From NCBI GenBank assembly GCA_963771175.1, contig CAVYSY010000006.1:96001-160000 (forward strand): a stretch of DNA of 64,000 nucleotides, read 5' to 3'. Shown here piece after piece: positions 43,207 to 53,635 of this stretch. Position numbers and translations under genes: made by a program. The notes under the pieces were generated by a model that had not been told where the DNA came from, made no database searches, and saw nothing but the letters and a program-made list of their open reading frames with translations. Each line of letters begins with the position of its first letter. Within the stretch, counting starts at the first letter, position 1. The DNA comes from an uncultured delta proteobacterium. Its GTDB lineage: Bacteria > Myxococcota > Myxococcia > Myxococcales > Myxococcaceae.

Positions 43207-43447
43207 TTCAAGAGCGCGACCGGGAGGCCGGCGGGTCCTCGCCCGGGTCCACCGCCTTGGTGCCCTCGGCGCCCTTCAGGCTCCCGGCCACCTCCCGCAG
43301 CGCCTCGTCCTGCAGGGCCTCCACTGGCGGGCGGGGAGTCCCCTGGTGGGTCGCCTGCCGGGAGGCGTGGGGCCCGCGCTTGCGCCCACCGAGTCCCCCA
43401 CCCCACCTTGAACTCGTGAACGAAACAAGCGTCCGGAGGAGCGGCCT

Positions 43448-43783
43448 ATGTGGGCTCGCTGGTTGAACGTCATCCTCGGCTTCTGGTTGGTGTCCGCGCC
43501 CTTCGTGCTCGATTACCGCATCAACCAGGCCCAGTTGAATGACCTGTGTGTGGGGCTCGGCATCATCCTGTTCGAGCTGGGCACCATCGCCGTCCGGAAG
43601 CTGCGCTACGCGAATACCCTGCTCGCGGTGTGGCTCATCGTGTCCCCCTTCGTCTTGGGTTACGGCGGCTACCGCACCGCCACCCGCAACGACATCATCG
43701 TGGGCCTGCTCGTCGGCGCCCTCTCGCTCGTCTGGGATCACCGCGCGTGGACGCCCCACCGCAGGCCCCTCGCCGAGATGTAG
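43448..43783 (+). CDS. SPW-repeat membrane protein (paralog of 41073)
   Basis: MWAR..NVILGFWLVSAPFVL...WLIVSPFVLGY...NDIIVG. Confidence 0.85.
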   Translation: MWARWLNVILGFWLVSAPFVLDYRINQAQLNDLCVGLGIILFELGTIAVRKLRYANTLLAVWLIVSPFVLGYGGYRTATRNDIIVGLLVGALSLVWDHRAWTPHRRPLAEM

Positions 43784-43880
43784 CGCATCGTCCGTTGTCT
43801 GACGCCCGCGCACCGAGCATCGGCGCCCGGCACCCGCGTGGGTGTACTGCAAGGGGCTCCAACCCAGAAGGAGGCCCCTC

Positions 43881-44390
43881 ATGCGGACATCCGCTCCCCG
43901 CCGTCTCGCCAGACTCGCGCTCGTGAAGCGCTGCCTCGCCGTGGGAGCCTTCGCGCTCTCGGCCTGCACCTATCCCAAAGAGAAGCCCGCCGGGGCCCGC
44001 ATGACGTGCGCGCCGGAGACCGTGGAGCTCATGAAGAAGCTGGGCGTGGAGCCGGGCCACCAGGGCACCCTCGTCCTCGACGCCCAGCAACCGGGCGGTG
44101 CGAATGACTACGGCACCTACCACCCGGGCCCCATCACGAGCCGGCTGGAGAGCGCCCTGGGCGACCTGCCCGCGGGCACGCTCGTCGAGGGGGTGCTCTG
44201 GATGGACCCTGAAAAAAAGGTGCGGGCCCACTACACCCAGGCCCGCACGCCCGACGGGCAGAGCCATCCGGTGTGCCTCGTGCTCGGCTCCTCGGCGCCC
44301 GGTGGCATGTATGCCGAGGCGGGCACCACGCCCCAGGTCCTCACCCTGCCCAAGAGCGCTCCCTTCATCGTCGTGACGCAATTCGAGTGA
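43881..44390 (+). CDS. Lipoprotein homologous to 47500..47988
   Basis: AGGAGG RBS, LSAC lipobox and a shared C...MKxLG...LDA.Q...GP..S.LE..LG.L..G pattern. Confidence 0.75.
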   Translation: MRTSAPRRLARLALVKRCLAVGAFALSACTYPKEKPAGARMTCAPETVELMKKLGVEPGHQGTLVLDAQQPGGANDYGTYHPGPITSRLESALGDLPAGTLVEGVLWMDPEKKVRAHYTQARTPDGQSHPVCLVLGSSAPGGMYAEAGTTPQVLTLPKSAPFIVVTQFE

Positions 44391-44505
44391 GCCCGCCACG
44401 GAGTGGGCCGAGCGCCTCCCCCGCGGGCCAGGGGCCTGCCCGCTCCCGGAGGGGAAGGGGGCGTTCCTACCTTGGAGGACAGTGCCGACGTCCCCCGGGA
44501 GACGC

Positions 44506-46296
44506 ATGCCCCTGCGCATCGAAGACTACGCCCTCATCGGCGACACCCAGAGCGCCGCCCTCGTCGGCCGGGACGGCTCCATCGACTGGCTCTGCCTCCC
44601 GCGCTTCGACTCGGACTCCTGCTTCGCCGCCCTCCTCGGCTCCGAGAAGCATGGACGCTGGCTGCTCGCCCCCGCCGGAGGCGTCCGCCGCGTCCAGCGC
44701 CGCTACCGCCCCGGCACCCTCGTGCTGGAGACGGACTTCGAGACGGAGGACGGCACCCTGCGCCTCATCGACTGCATGCCCCCTCGCGGCCGGGAGCCGG
44801 ACCTCGTCCGCGAGGTGGTGTGCCTGAGCGGCCACGTCCCGGTGCACCTGGAGCTCGCCATCCGCTTCGGCTACGGCAGCCGCACTCCGTGGGTGCACTG
44901 CATCAACGGCCGCGCCACCGCCATGGCCGGCCCCGATGCCCTCACCCTCTGCGCCGACGTGCCCTTCCGCGTGGAGGACACCTCGCTGCGCGCCGGCTTC
45001 ACCCTCTCCGCCGGCCAGTGCGCCCGCTTCCTCCTCACCTGGCACCCCTCGCACGAGCCCCCGCCCGCCCCATCGACGTCTCCACCGCCGTGGAGCACAC
45101 CGACGGCGTGGTGGCGCGAGTGGTCCCAGCGCTGCACGCACGAGGGCCCCTGGCGCGACGAGGTGCTGCGCTCGCTCATCGTCCTCAAGGCCCTCACCTA
45201 CTCGCCCACCGGGGGCATCGTCGCGGCGCCCACCACCTCGCTGCCCGAGGCCCTCGGCGGCGTACGCAACTGGGACTACCGCTACTGCTGGCTGCGCGAC
45301 GCCACCTTCACCCTGCTCGCCCTGCTCGACGCGGGCTACCTGGAGGAGGCCCAGGCCTGGCGCGACTGGCTGTTGCGCGCCGTGGCCGGCGAGCCCGCGG
45401 AGACGCAGATCATGTATGGCGTCGCCGGCGAGCGCCGCCTCACCGAGTTGGAGTTGCCCTGGCTCCCCGGCTACCAGGGAGCCTCGCCCGTGCGGATGGG
45501 CAACGCGGCCGTGTGCCAGTTCCAGCTCGACGTGTTCGGCGAGGTGCTCGACTGCTTCCACCAGGCCCAGCGCGCCGGAGTGCCCAACCGCGAGGAGGAG
45601 TGGGGCCTGCAGTGCCACCTGCTCGACTTCCTGGAGTCCAACTGGGAGCGCCCCGACGAGGGCATCTGGGAGGTGCGCGGCGCGCCCCAGCACTTCACCT
45701 ACTCGAAGGTGATGGCCTGGGTGGCGGTGGATCGGGCCATCCACAGTTGCGAGCGCGTCAGGATGCAGGGAACGTTGGAGCGCTGGAACGCGCTGCGCGC
45801 GCGCATCCACGCCCAGGTGTGTGAGCGGGGCTATGACGCCGGGCGAGGCAGCTTCGTGCAGGCCTATGGGAGCCGGGAGCTGGACGCGGCGCTGCTGCTG
45901 ATTCCGCAGGTGGGCTTCCTCCCGCCGAGCGACCCACGCGTGGTGGGCACGGTGGAGGCGATTCAACGCGAGCTGTGCGAGGACGGCTTCGTGCACCGCT
46001 ACGACTCGGAGCGGACGAAGGACGGGCTGCCCCCGGGAGAGGGGACGTTCCTGGCGTGCTCATTCTGGCTGGCGGACGCGCTGACGATGCTGTGCCGGTT
46101 GGACGAGGCGCAGGCCCTCTTCGAGCGGCTGCGCTCGCTGTGCAACGACGTGGGCCTGCTCGCCGAGGAGTACGACCCCCGCTCACGCCGACAGCTGGGC
46201 AACTTCCCCCAGGCCTTCAGCCACGTGGCCCTCATCAACACCGCGCAGAACCTCACCTCCCCGAGCTGCCCGGTGATGGAGCGCTCGCGGGAGTAG
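44506..46296 (+). CDS. Glycoside hydrolase family 15 (trehalase/glucoamylase-like)
   Basis: IEDYALIGD, APTTSLPE..GG.RNWDYRYCWLRD, GIWEVR, LLAEE and GNFPQAFSH; two compensating shifts near 45065-45105. Confidence 0.95.
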   Translation: MPLRIEDYALIGDTQSAALVGRDGSIDWLCLPRFDSDSCFAALLGSEKHGRWLLAPAGGVRRVQRRYRPGTLVLETDFETEDGTLRLIDCMPPRGREPDLVREVVCLSGHVPVHLELAIRFGYGSRTPWVHCINGRATAMAGPDALTLCADVPFRVEDTSLRAGFTLSAGQCARFLLTWHPSHEPPPAPSTSPPPWSTPTAWWREWSQRCTHEGPWRDEVLRSLIVLKALTYSPTGGIVAAPTTSLPEALGGVRNWDYRYCWLRDATFTLLALLDAGYLEEAQAWRDWLLRAVAGEPAETQIMYGVAGERRLTELELPWLPGYQGASPVRMGNAAVCQFQLDVFGEVLDCFHQAQRAGVPNREEEWGLQCHLLDFLESNWERPDEGIWEVRGAPQHFTYSKVMAWVAVDRAIHSCERVRMQGTLERWNALRARIHAQVCERGYDAGRGSFVQAYGSRELDAALLLIPQVGFLPPSDPRVVGTVEAIQRELCEDGFVHRYDSERTKDGLPPGEGTFLACSFWLADALTMLCRLDEAQALFERLRSLCNDVGLLAEEYDPRSRRQLGNFPQAFSHVALINTAQNLTSPSCPVMERSRE

Positions 46297-46303
46297 GCGG
46301 GGC

Positions 46304-46489
46304 GTGACGCCACGGGGCTACATTGGAGTTGATGACGCGCATGACCGACCCCGAGCACACTCCGAACAGGCTGAGACCCCGGAAGAACAGCTCGCCGAGC
46401 TCGAACAGCGGATCACGGAGCTGGACGAGAACCCCGAGGCCGGTGAGCCCTGGGAGGAAGTCAGGGCGCGTATTCTCGATTCGCTGTGA
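46304..46489 (+). pseudogene. Remnant of an addiction-module antitoxin (TIGR02574-like)
   Basis: EEQLAELEQRITELDENPEAGEPWEEVRARI; no clean N-terminus and no partner toxin. Confidence 0.55.
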
Positions 46490-46558
46490 ACCGCCGCCGT
46501 TCCTCCAGGAGCGTCGCTTCTGGTCGCTCACGACCTGTTCTGTTAGGTTGTGCCCGCC

Positions 46559-47487
46559 ATGCGGAACATCTTACTTTTCCGGTCTACCCTGCTCCTTGCC
46601 CTCGTGGCATCCGTGGCTGGGGCCAGCGAGCGCGAGCCCAACGAACGGAACATCTACCTCTCGGAGCCATCCGAGCCAGGAAGCGCCGGACGTGTACGTC
46701 GTCGGCGGTATCGGAACCCTCCTCCGCATGGAGCAGCCCTGTGATGCGGCGCGCACGAGGATGTTGGACTGGGAAGGCCGCTTCGAGCCCGTGGCGTGTG
46801 TCGGCAACTCGGTGCTCGTGGTGCCACTGCGCGACATCAGGCCCGAAGACCGCTTCATGCTGCTGGTCACGCTCGCGGACGGGACGGAGCTTCCCTTCAC
46901 CGTGACCTCACGGCAGAAGAACCTCAGTCGACCGGACGGGGGATCAGCAGGTCAACGTGTTCCGGGACCACGAGGCTCCGCACGCGGTGCTCGCGTCCCT
47001 GTACGACTCGCTCGGAAGGGAGCGGGAGCTGCGAGCCAAGGTCGAGCGGCTCACGAAAGAGGACTCCGTCGACCACGCGCTCGCCGCGCTCCTGCTGAAG
47101 GGCGCCAGGGCACAGACGCCCTTCGTCGAGACCCAGAGGCGACTGGTTCGGGAAGAGAATGCGGAAGTGCTCGTCCGCCTCTTCGCGGGAAGAACGAAGG
47201 CGGCCGTCGTCTTCGACATCAAGAACCAGGATCCGAAGTACGACTGGACCTTGATGCAGGCCCGCCTGTCGAACCCGCGCACAGGGCAGTTGCGCTCCTT
47301 TGCCCTGCGCACGAATCGGGACGAAATCCCCCCGGGCGGTTCCGGGCTCGTTGTCATCGTCGCGGACAAGAACGCCTTCACCTCGACGAAGAAGGGCCTT
47401 GAGCCCCTCGTGCTCGAGCTCTTCCGCCAGGAAGACGGACTCCGGCAGGTCGCCGTTGTCCTGGATCCTCGACTGCTGCTCAAGTAG
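46559..47487 (+). CDS. DUF2381-family myxobacterial protein; frameshifted
   Basis: Signal peptide, DWEGRFEP, LVTLADGTELPF, DHALAALL and IPPGGSG. Confidence 0.8.
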
Positions 47488-47499
47488 GAGCACCCAACC

Positions 47500-47988
47500 A
47501 TGCCCTCGAACAGAGCGTTGCCGCTGCCCTTCCTGGCCCTGCTCCTCGCGACCGTTGGCTGCCCGCCGGGGGGCGTGCCTTTGCGAGCGGACGGCACACC
47601 CGGACCGCAGAAGTGCCCGGAAGAAGCACTCAAGACGATGAAGCTTCTGGGGATGGTGGTGGGTGACGCAGCGGGAGTGGAGCTCGATGCGAACCAGGTC
47701 GACGCAAGACCCATCACGCTCTATGACGGGCCTGTCGAGAGCTTCCTGGAAGATTCACTGGGCAACCTCGACCCTGGCTCACGTCTGTACGGACAGATAT
47801 GGACAGGTGGGCCACAGGTGGTCGTCCGCTACTACGAGGCACGGCCACCGCGCGGGGACATCGTGCCCATCTGTGCGGTGGCGCGGCTCGGGGGGGGGCA
47901 GATGAGGAAGCGGCCCGAGTCCAAGCCGGGAACGGCCATCATTGAGTTCTCGAGAGCGGGGGTCTACGTCGTGGACTCGTTCCGGTGA
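47500..47988 (+). CDS. Lipoprotein resembling the extracellular domain of myxobacterial Ser/Thr kinases
   Basis: TVGC lipobox; CPEEALKTM...RYYEA...PICAV. Confidence 0.75.
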   Translation: MPSNRALPLPFLALLLATVGCPPGGVPLRADGTPGPQKCPEEALKTMKLLGMVVGDAAGVELDANQVDARPITLYDGPVESFLEDSLGNLDPGSRLYGQIWTGGPQVVVRYYEARPPRGDIVPICAVARLGGGQMRKRPESKPGTAIIEFSRAGVYVVDSFR

Positions 47989-48063
47989 ACGGGACGCGTT
48001 CACCGCGGCCCCCAGCCGCGCGGCGGAGTGCGTGGCAGCATTTGGAAGAGTTCCTGAGTTCCT

Positions 48064-51000
48064 CTACAGCCCCCACTTGAGTTGGATGGCCTGAATCTGC
48101 GCGGCTTCGGGGAGTCGGAGGGATTCCGCCGCGCTTCGCGCCAGATGAAGCAGGTTGGCGGCCAGATCGCGGTCTCCAGGTTGACTGCGCTGCAAGTAGA
48201 GCAGCGCCAGATGGGCGCGGCCCACCAGCAACGACCGCACGTCGCCCAGCCTCTCGTAGACGGGCAACTCCTCCTCCCTGCGAATCCTCAGCGCCTCGTC
48301 CAGCTCGCCTCGCGCCTGGAGGATGTCCGCCACCTTCCCCATCGTCACCGCCCGCGACCGCACGTCGCCCAGCCGCTCGTAGACGGGCAACTCCTCCTCC
48401 CTGCGAATCCGCAGCGCCTCGTCCAGCTCGCCTCTCGCCTGGAGGATGTCGGCCACCTTCCCCATCGTCACCGCCCGCGACCGCACGTCGCCCAGCCGCT
48501 CGAAGACGGGCAACTGCTCCTCCCTGCGAATGCGCAGCGCCTCGTCCAGCTCGCCTCGCGCCTGGAGGATGTCCGCCACCTTCCCCATCGTCACCGCCCG
48601 CGACGCGCACGTCGCCCAGCCGCTCGTAGACGGGCAGCTCCTCCTCCCTGCGAATGCGCAGGGCCTCGTCCAGCTCGCCTCGCGCCTGGAGGATGTCGGC
48701 CACCTTCCCCATCGTCACCGCCCGCTCGCGCACGTCGCCCAGGCGCTCGTAGACGGGCAACTCCTCCTCCCTGCGAATGCGCAGGGCCTCGTCCAGCTGC
48801 GCCTCGCGCCTGGAGGATGTCGGCCACCTTCCCCATCGTCACCGCCCGCTCGCGCACGTCGCCCAGGCGCTCGTAGACGGGCAACTCCTCCTCCCTGGCG
48901 AATGCGCAGCGCCTCGTCCAGCTCGCCTCGCGCCTGGAGGATGTCCGCCACCTTCCCCATCGTCACCGCCCGCGCCCGCACGTCGCCCAGCCGCTCGAAG
49001 ACGGGCAACTCCTCCTCCCTGCGAATGCGCAGCGCCTCGTCCAGCTCGCCTCGCGCCTGCGAGGATGTCCGCCACCTTCCCCATCGTCACCGCCCGCGAC
49101 GCGCACGTCGCCCAGCCGCTCGTAGACGGGCAACTCCTCCTCCCTGCGAATCCTCAGCGCCTCGTCCAGCTCGCCTCTCGCCTGCGAGGATGTCCGCATG
49201 CACTCCCGCCGCCAGCGCAGCCTCCGCGGTCAGCCTGGCGACTCTGGTCCAATGTTTTCTTTTCTCGCGCTGCGGAAAGCGCTCGGTCCAGTGCTCCGCA
49301 CCGCATGGCCACATTGGCGAGCGTCCAGAGAAAATTTGAACGCTGCTCCGGCTTGAGCGGAGTCCTCAGGACCCGCTCGCAGTAGCCCATCCACACTTGG
49401 AACGGGCCACTGGTGATGGCAAACCGCGACCCGGCGCTCTCTACTCGGACCTGATCCTCTTCTGGGACTCTCGGCAGCCAGTCCACCAATGCGGCGCTGC
49501 TCTCGCGGTGGAGTCTCCCTCCAGCGCTCGCCCTGTAACCTGCTCCTGTCCCGCTGGTAACGCGGGCAATCTCTCGACGAACCACTCCGTCATCCGGGTC
49601 AGGCCCGCCGCCGACTCCGGGGACTCGCGGAGCAGTTCCGCCAGGAGGGGATGGACGCGCCAGGCATCGTCGGTCCGCTCCGTCCCGGGCACCCGGGACA
49701 GGAGCGAGAGCGAGGTCGCGGACGACAGCCAGGTCCCCGAACTCCGGTTCCGAAAGCCCCGCGATAGCTGCACCGAGGCCACGGCCAAAACCGGACAGCG
49801 GGGCATGCCCGAGCGCGGCCAGCCCCGACAGCAACTTCTCCGCGCGGGCGCCGGTGCCGAGCTGGCGGCGCAGCTCCTCCCTCGACAGCTCGAAGGTCTT
49901 GCGGATGATGGCGCGTGCCTCGTCCTTCAGAACAGCCGTGGATCGGCGGAGCTGACGGGCTCCAACTCGAAACGGCTCTCCCTCAGCTTCGCCAGGAAGC
50001 TGTCCACGGAGTGCCCAGACCTCAGGTAGCCCGCCGCCAGATGGAGGGCCAGCGGCAGGCTGCCCAGCGCGCGTACCAGCCGCATGTGGTCCTCCCGCTC
50101 TCGCTCATCCACCGGAGGACGGAACTCCCGCCGCGAGCAGCTCCAGGGCGCTCGCCTCATCGAACGTCTTCACCTCGATTCGCGTCCACCCGTCCTCGTT
50201 CCAGAATCCCTGGTAGCGGCCCGTCACGAGGGTCGGACATCCCGGAAGCGCGGTGACGAGCCGCCCCACCACCTCGGCGGCCTCGGGTGAATCGACGTTC
50301 TCCACCAGCAACAAGGAGAGCGGGCGCAGCAGTCGCTCCCGACACCGCTCCGCCATCCGCCCCCCCGCCGGAAGCTCGAGCTGGTCGCCCAGTTCACCCA
50401 GGAGCAGCTCCGTGCTGGGAAGCGCGCCGGGGTTGAGCACCAGCCGAGCAACGCCTCCCGGGAAGCTCTCCTGGTGGAGCCGCGCGAAGTGCTCGGCGAG
50501 GTACGACTTCCCCACTCCCGGCATGCCGTTCACCGCACAGAGCGCCACGGGCCGCCGGGCATCGGGCAGGAGCGCCGCCCTCAACGCATCCAGTTCCTCG
50601 GTGCGTCCCACGAACCTCCCGGTGGGCATGGGCGGAGGTGAAACAGGGCGAGCGCCAATCCACCACGTGAGCCGCCCATCCTTCGTGCCCGCGTAGAGGC
50701 TGTTGTCATCGTGCCAATGGCCACGCTTGGACCAACCCCGGAATCGTAGGTCGTAGCGAACCGGGTGCCCCGCCCCATCGAGCCGTGCCTCGATGACATG
50801 GCAGGCGTTGGGCCACTGGTCGGCGTGATGCCCCTCATAGAGACACCCCGCGGCGAGCTGGCGCGAGGTCCGGTCCGGGTCATTCCAGGTCTCGACCGCC
50901 TCCTCATGCAGGTGACCGCGCAGCAGGAGGTCCACATGTGTCCGCGAGCATCCGCTGGCAGTCGCCCCCGTCGGCGAGGTCGCTCAGGGGATGGTGGACG

Positions 51001-51713
51001 AGAGCAAGACGGAAGCCCGACAAGGGCTCGCCCCCCTCCGTGGTCAGTCGCCCCACCTGGTCCGTGGTGAGGAGCAGCTTCCCGCTGTCATCTGTCAGCG
51101 CCCGCGAGCCACGCGGAGTCGAGGCCCACGACATGGATGTCGAACGGCTGGCCTGGGAGTCGGATCGTCTGGCGATAGCCCAGGAAGGGGTGGGGCGCCT
51201 TCTCCGCTGGAACGAGTTCCTTCCGCCCCAACTTCGTGGTCACCCACTCTCGATAGGCCCCCTGCCGGGAGAGCAACTCGTCCCGCGGCACTCCTCCAAC
51301 CCGAGCGGCGGCTCGCCCCCGGCCATCCAGCGAGACAGGTCGAGCGGAGACACCCGGAAGAGCTTGCCCTTCTTGTCCTTGCTTCCCCGCAGCTCCGCCC
51401 AGGCGCTCTCGCCCTTCTTGCGGTCGATGTCGTGGTTGCCCGGGACGAGGAAGAGGCGCTCGCTGAGAAGGGAGAGCCGCTTCAGGAGCGCCTCGATGAA
51501 GTCGGTGACAGGCCCGTATTCCTCGGGCTTGCCCCAGTCGGCCACGTCGCCCGTGAAGCAGACCAGGTCGATGGGCCCGTCCTCCATCAGCGCATCGAGG
51601 TTCCGCTCCCAGGCAGTCCCCAGGACCCGCCGTCTGCGGAAGGACTCGCTCTCACGCGGTCCCCGCTCGTGCAGGTCGGAGATGTGCAGGATCCGCAGCT
51701 TCCACTCGTCCAT
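48064..51713 (-). CDS. Metallophosphoesterase - STAND/NB-ARC NTPase - TPR protein; many frameshifts
   Basis: HISDLH, TGD, PGNHD, HHP, GHLH; FVGR..EL, GMPGVGKS, LLLVENVD, GSLPLAL, HPLL; C-terminal TPR array. Confidence 0.85.
48238..49198 (-). repeat. About eight tandem 123-bp repeats encoding a 41-aa TPR-like unit
   Basis: CACGTCGCCC anchors at 48238, 48361, 48484, 48608, 48731, 48855, 48979 and 49104; unit TMGKVADILQARGELDEALRIRREEELPVYERLGDVRSRAV. Confidence 0.93.
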
Positions 51714-51789
51714 GAAGCCTCCGCGCCGACAGGCTCAATCTACCGGCGAACGGAGCACTTCGTCAGGGAACAGGCACGGCCCCCAATGC

Positions 51790-52378
51790 TCAAGGCCCGG
51801 GTGCTGGAGTGGACCCGGGAGCCCAGAGGAGCCCCAGCTCCAGCGGCTCGGCGTCGAACGGCTCGGCGCGGACCACTTCCTCGCCCCTGTGGCGCGCGGT
51901 GAGCTGCCAGCCCCGCGACCCCTCGGCGGTAGACCTCCAGGGAGTGGGCGCGCGGGTCCACCAGCCATGCGTGGCTCACGCCCTCCTGGTGGTAGAGGGA
52001 CAGCTTGCGCCCCCGGTCCAACGTGGCAGTGGAGGGCGACAGCACCTCGCAGACCCAGTCGGGCGCGAGGTCGAAGAAAGGCTCATCCCGCTCGAGCAGC
52101 CCCGGTGCCCGATCCCGGCGCCAGCCCGCGAGGTCCGGCACCAGCACTTGCCGGCCGAAGTGCAGCTCCGGCTTGAACACGATCCACCAGCCGCCCTGCC
52201 CTCCATGTCCGACACAGAAGGCTCTCCCCAGCTTCGCCGTGAGCACCGAAGCCGCCCACGCGTGCCAGCTCGTCGGTCCTGGGAACGCCCACAGCTCGTC
52301 GTCGATGAGCTCCCCCACCCACCCCGGCGGTAATGCCTCGATGTCCTCGTAGGTGGCTGGACGCTTTCCCCGACCCAT
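51790..52378 (-). CDS. Uma2-family endonuclease; frameshift near the 3' end
   Basis: ATYEDIEALP, VPDLAGWRR, APDWVCEVLSPST..DR..K..Y and WLVDP. Confidence 0.9.
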
Positions 52379-52461
52379 TTCCGCTCCTCTCCCAGGCCTT
52401 CCCGCCTGACTGCTCACATTCTACAGGACGGTCTGACGGGAAAGGTAGGGTCTGGTCCGCT

Positions 52462-53447
52462 TCAGCGCACCGCTCGCGCCAGTCCGGCCACGCCGAACAC
52501 CAGTCCGCCCATGAGCGCCACGAGGCCCGCCGTCGCCGAGTAGCGCTTCCACCTCGGCGTGGGGGGCACCGGGCCCTCGGGGCCCACTCCCTCGGACATC
52601 GCGTGGAAGAGGTTGCCCTCGGTCCGGTCAACGGGCTCGTCCCTCATCTGCATCCGCGCTCCCCAGTGGCCCATGATGAACTTGCCCACCCAGGGGAGGA
52701 ACTCGTTCACCCACAGCAACAGCCGGCCCTGGAGGAACACCGGCACCACTGTCTTCCCCGGGCGCCTCGCGCACCGCACCGCCGCTCGCGCCACCAGCGT
52801 CCGTGTCGTACGTGGGCGGCACCGGCTTGGGTGCCAGGCCAAACATCGTGGGCGCGTGCGCGAACATGTTGCTCGATACCGAGGGCACCAGGATGTTCGA
52901 CACCTGGATTCCCGTCCCCATCAACTCCATCTCCAGGCTCTTCGCCCACCCCAGCGTGGCGTGCTTGCTCGCGCTGTACGCAGACAGCAGCGGCGCCGCG
53001 CCCTTCGACAGCATCGACTGGATGTTGAGGAGGTGCCCACTGCCCTGATGCCGGAAGTGCGGCAGCACCGCCCGCGCGAAGCGCATGAAGCCAAAGCAGT
53101 TGATGTCGAAGATGCGCGTGATGTGCTCCCACGGCAGCTCGTCGAAGAGGCCAAAGGACTGCACTCCCGCGTCGTTCACCAGAGATGTCCACCCGGCCGT
53201 AGTGCGCCAGGCACTCGCGCACCACCTGCTCCACGTCCGCCTGCACCGTCACGTCCCCGGGCACCGCGATGCACTCCACTCCCCGCTCCTCCAGCTGGTG
53301 ACGCAGCTTCTCCAGCGCCTCCACCCGCCGCGCGGTGACGCACAGCTTCACCCCCTCCTCCCCCAGCCTCACCGCCGTCTGCCAGCCCACCCCGCTCGAC
53401 GCCCCCGTCACGATGGCGACCTTCCCCTTCAGGTCCTGGCGAGCCAT
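52462..53447 (-). CDS. SDR oxidoreductase with a C-terminal TM; frameshifted
   Basis: TGASSGVG, VNDAG and YSASKHA. Confidence 0.9.
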
Positions 53448-53635
53448 GTCCCCTCCCCCGCGTGAACGCCCGCCCCGCAGGATGGCAATGCCTGCCATCC
53501 CCGCCCACCTCGCCCCTCGGCCAGCCCCCGCCTGCCCGCTCGGGTCCCGTGGCGCCGGACGACTCCGGACGTCCACTGGTGAACGCCACTCGGTGGCATC
53601 TTCCTCGTGGACCCGTCAGGTCGGGTGAAAATCCA

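Noticed and set aside
48238..49198. Possible CRISPR or non-coding satellite
   Set aside because: The period is 41 codons and encodes TPR-like helices within a gene.
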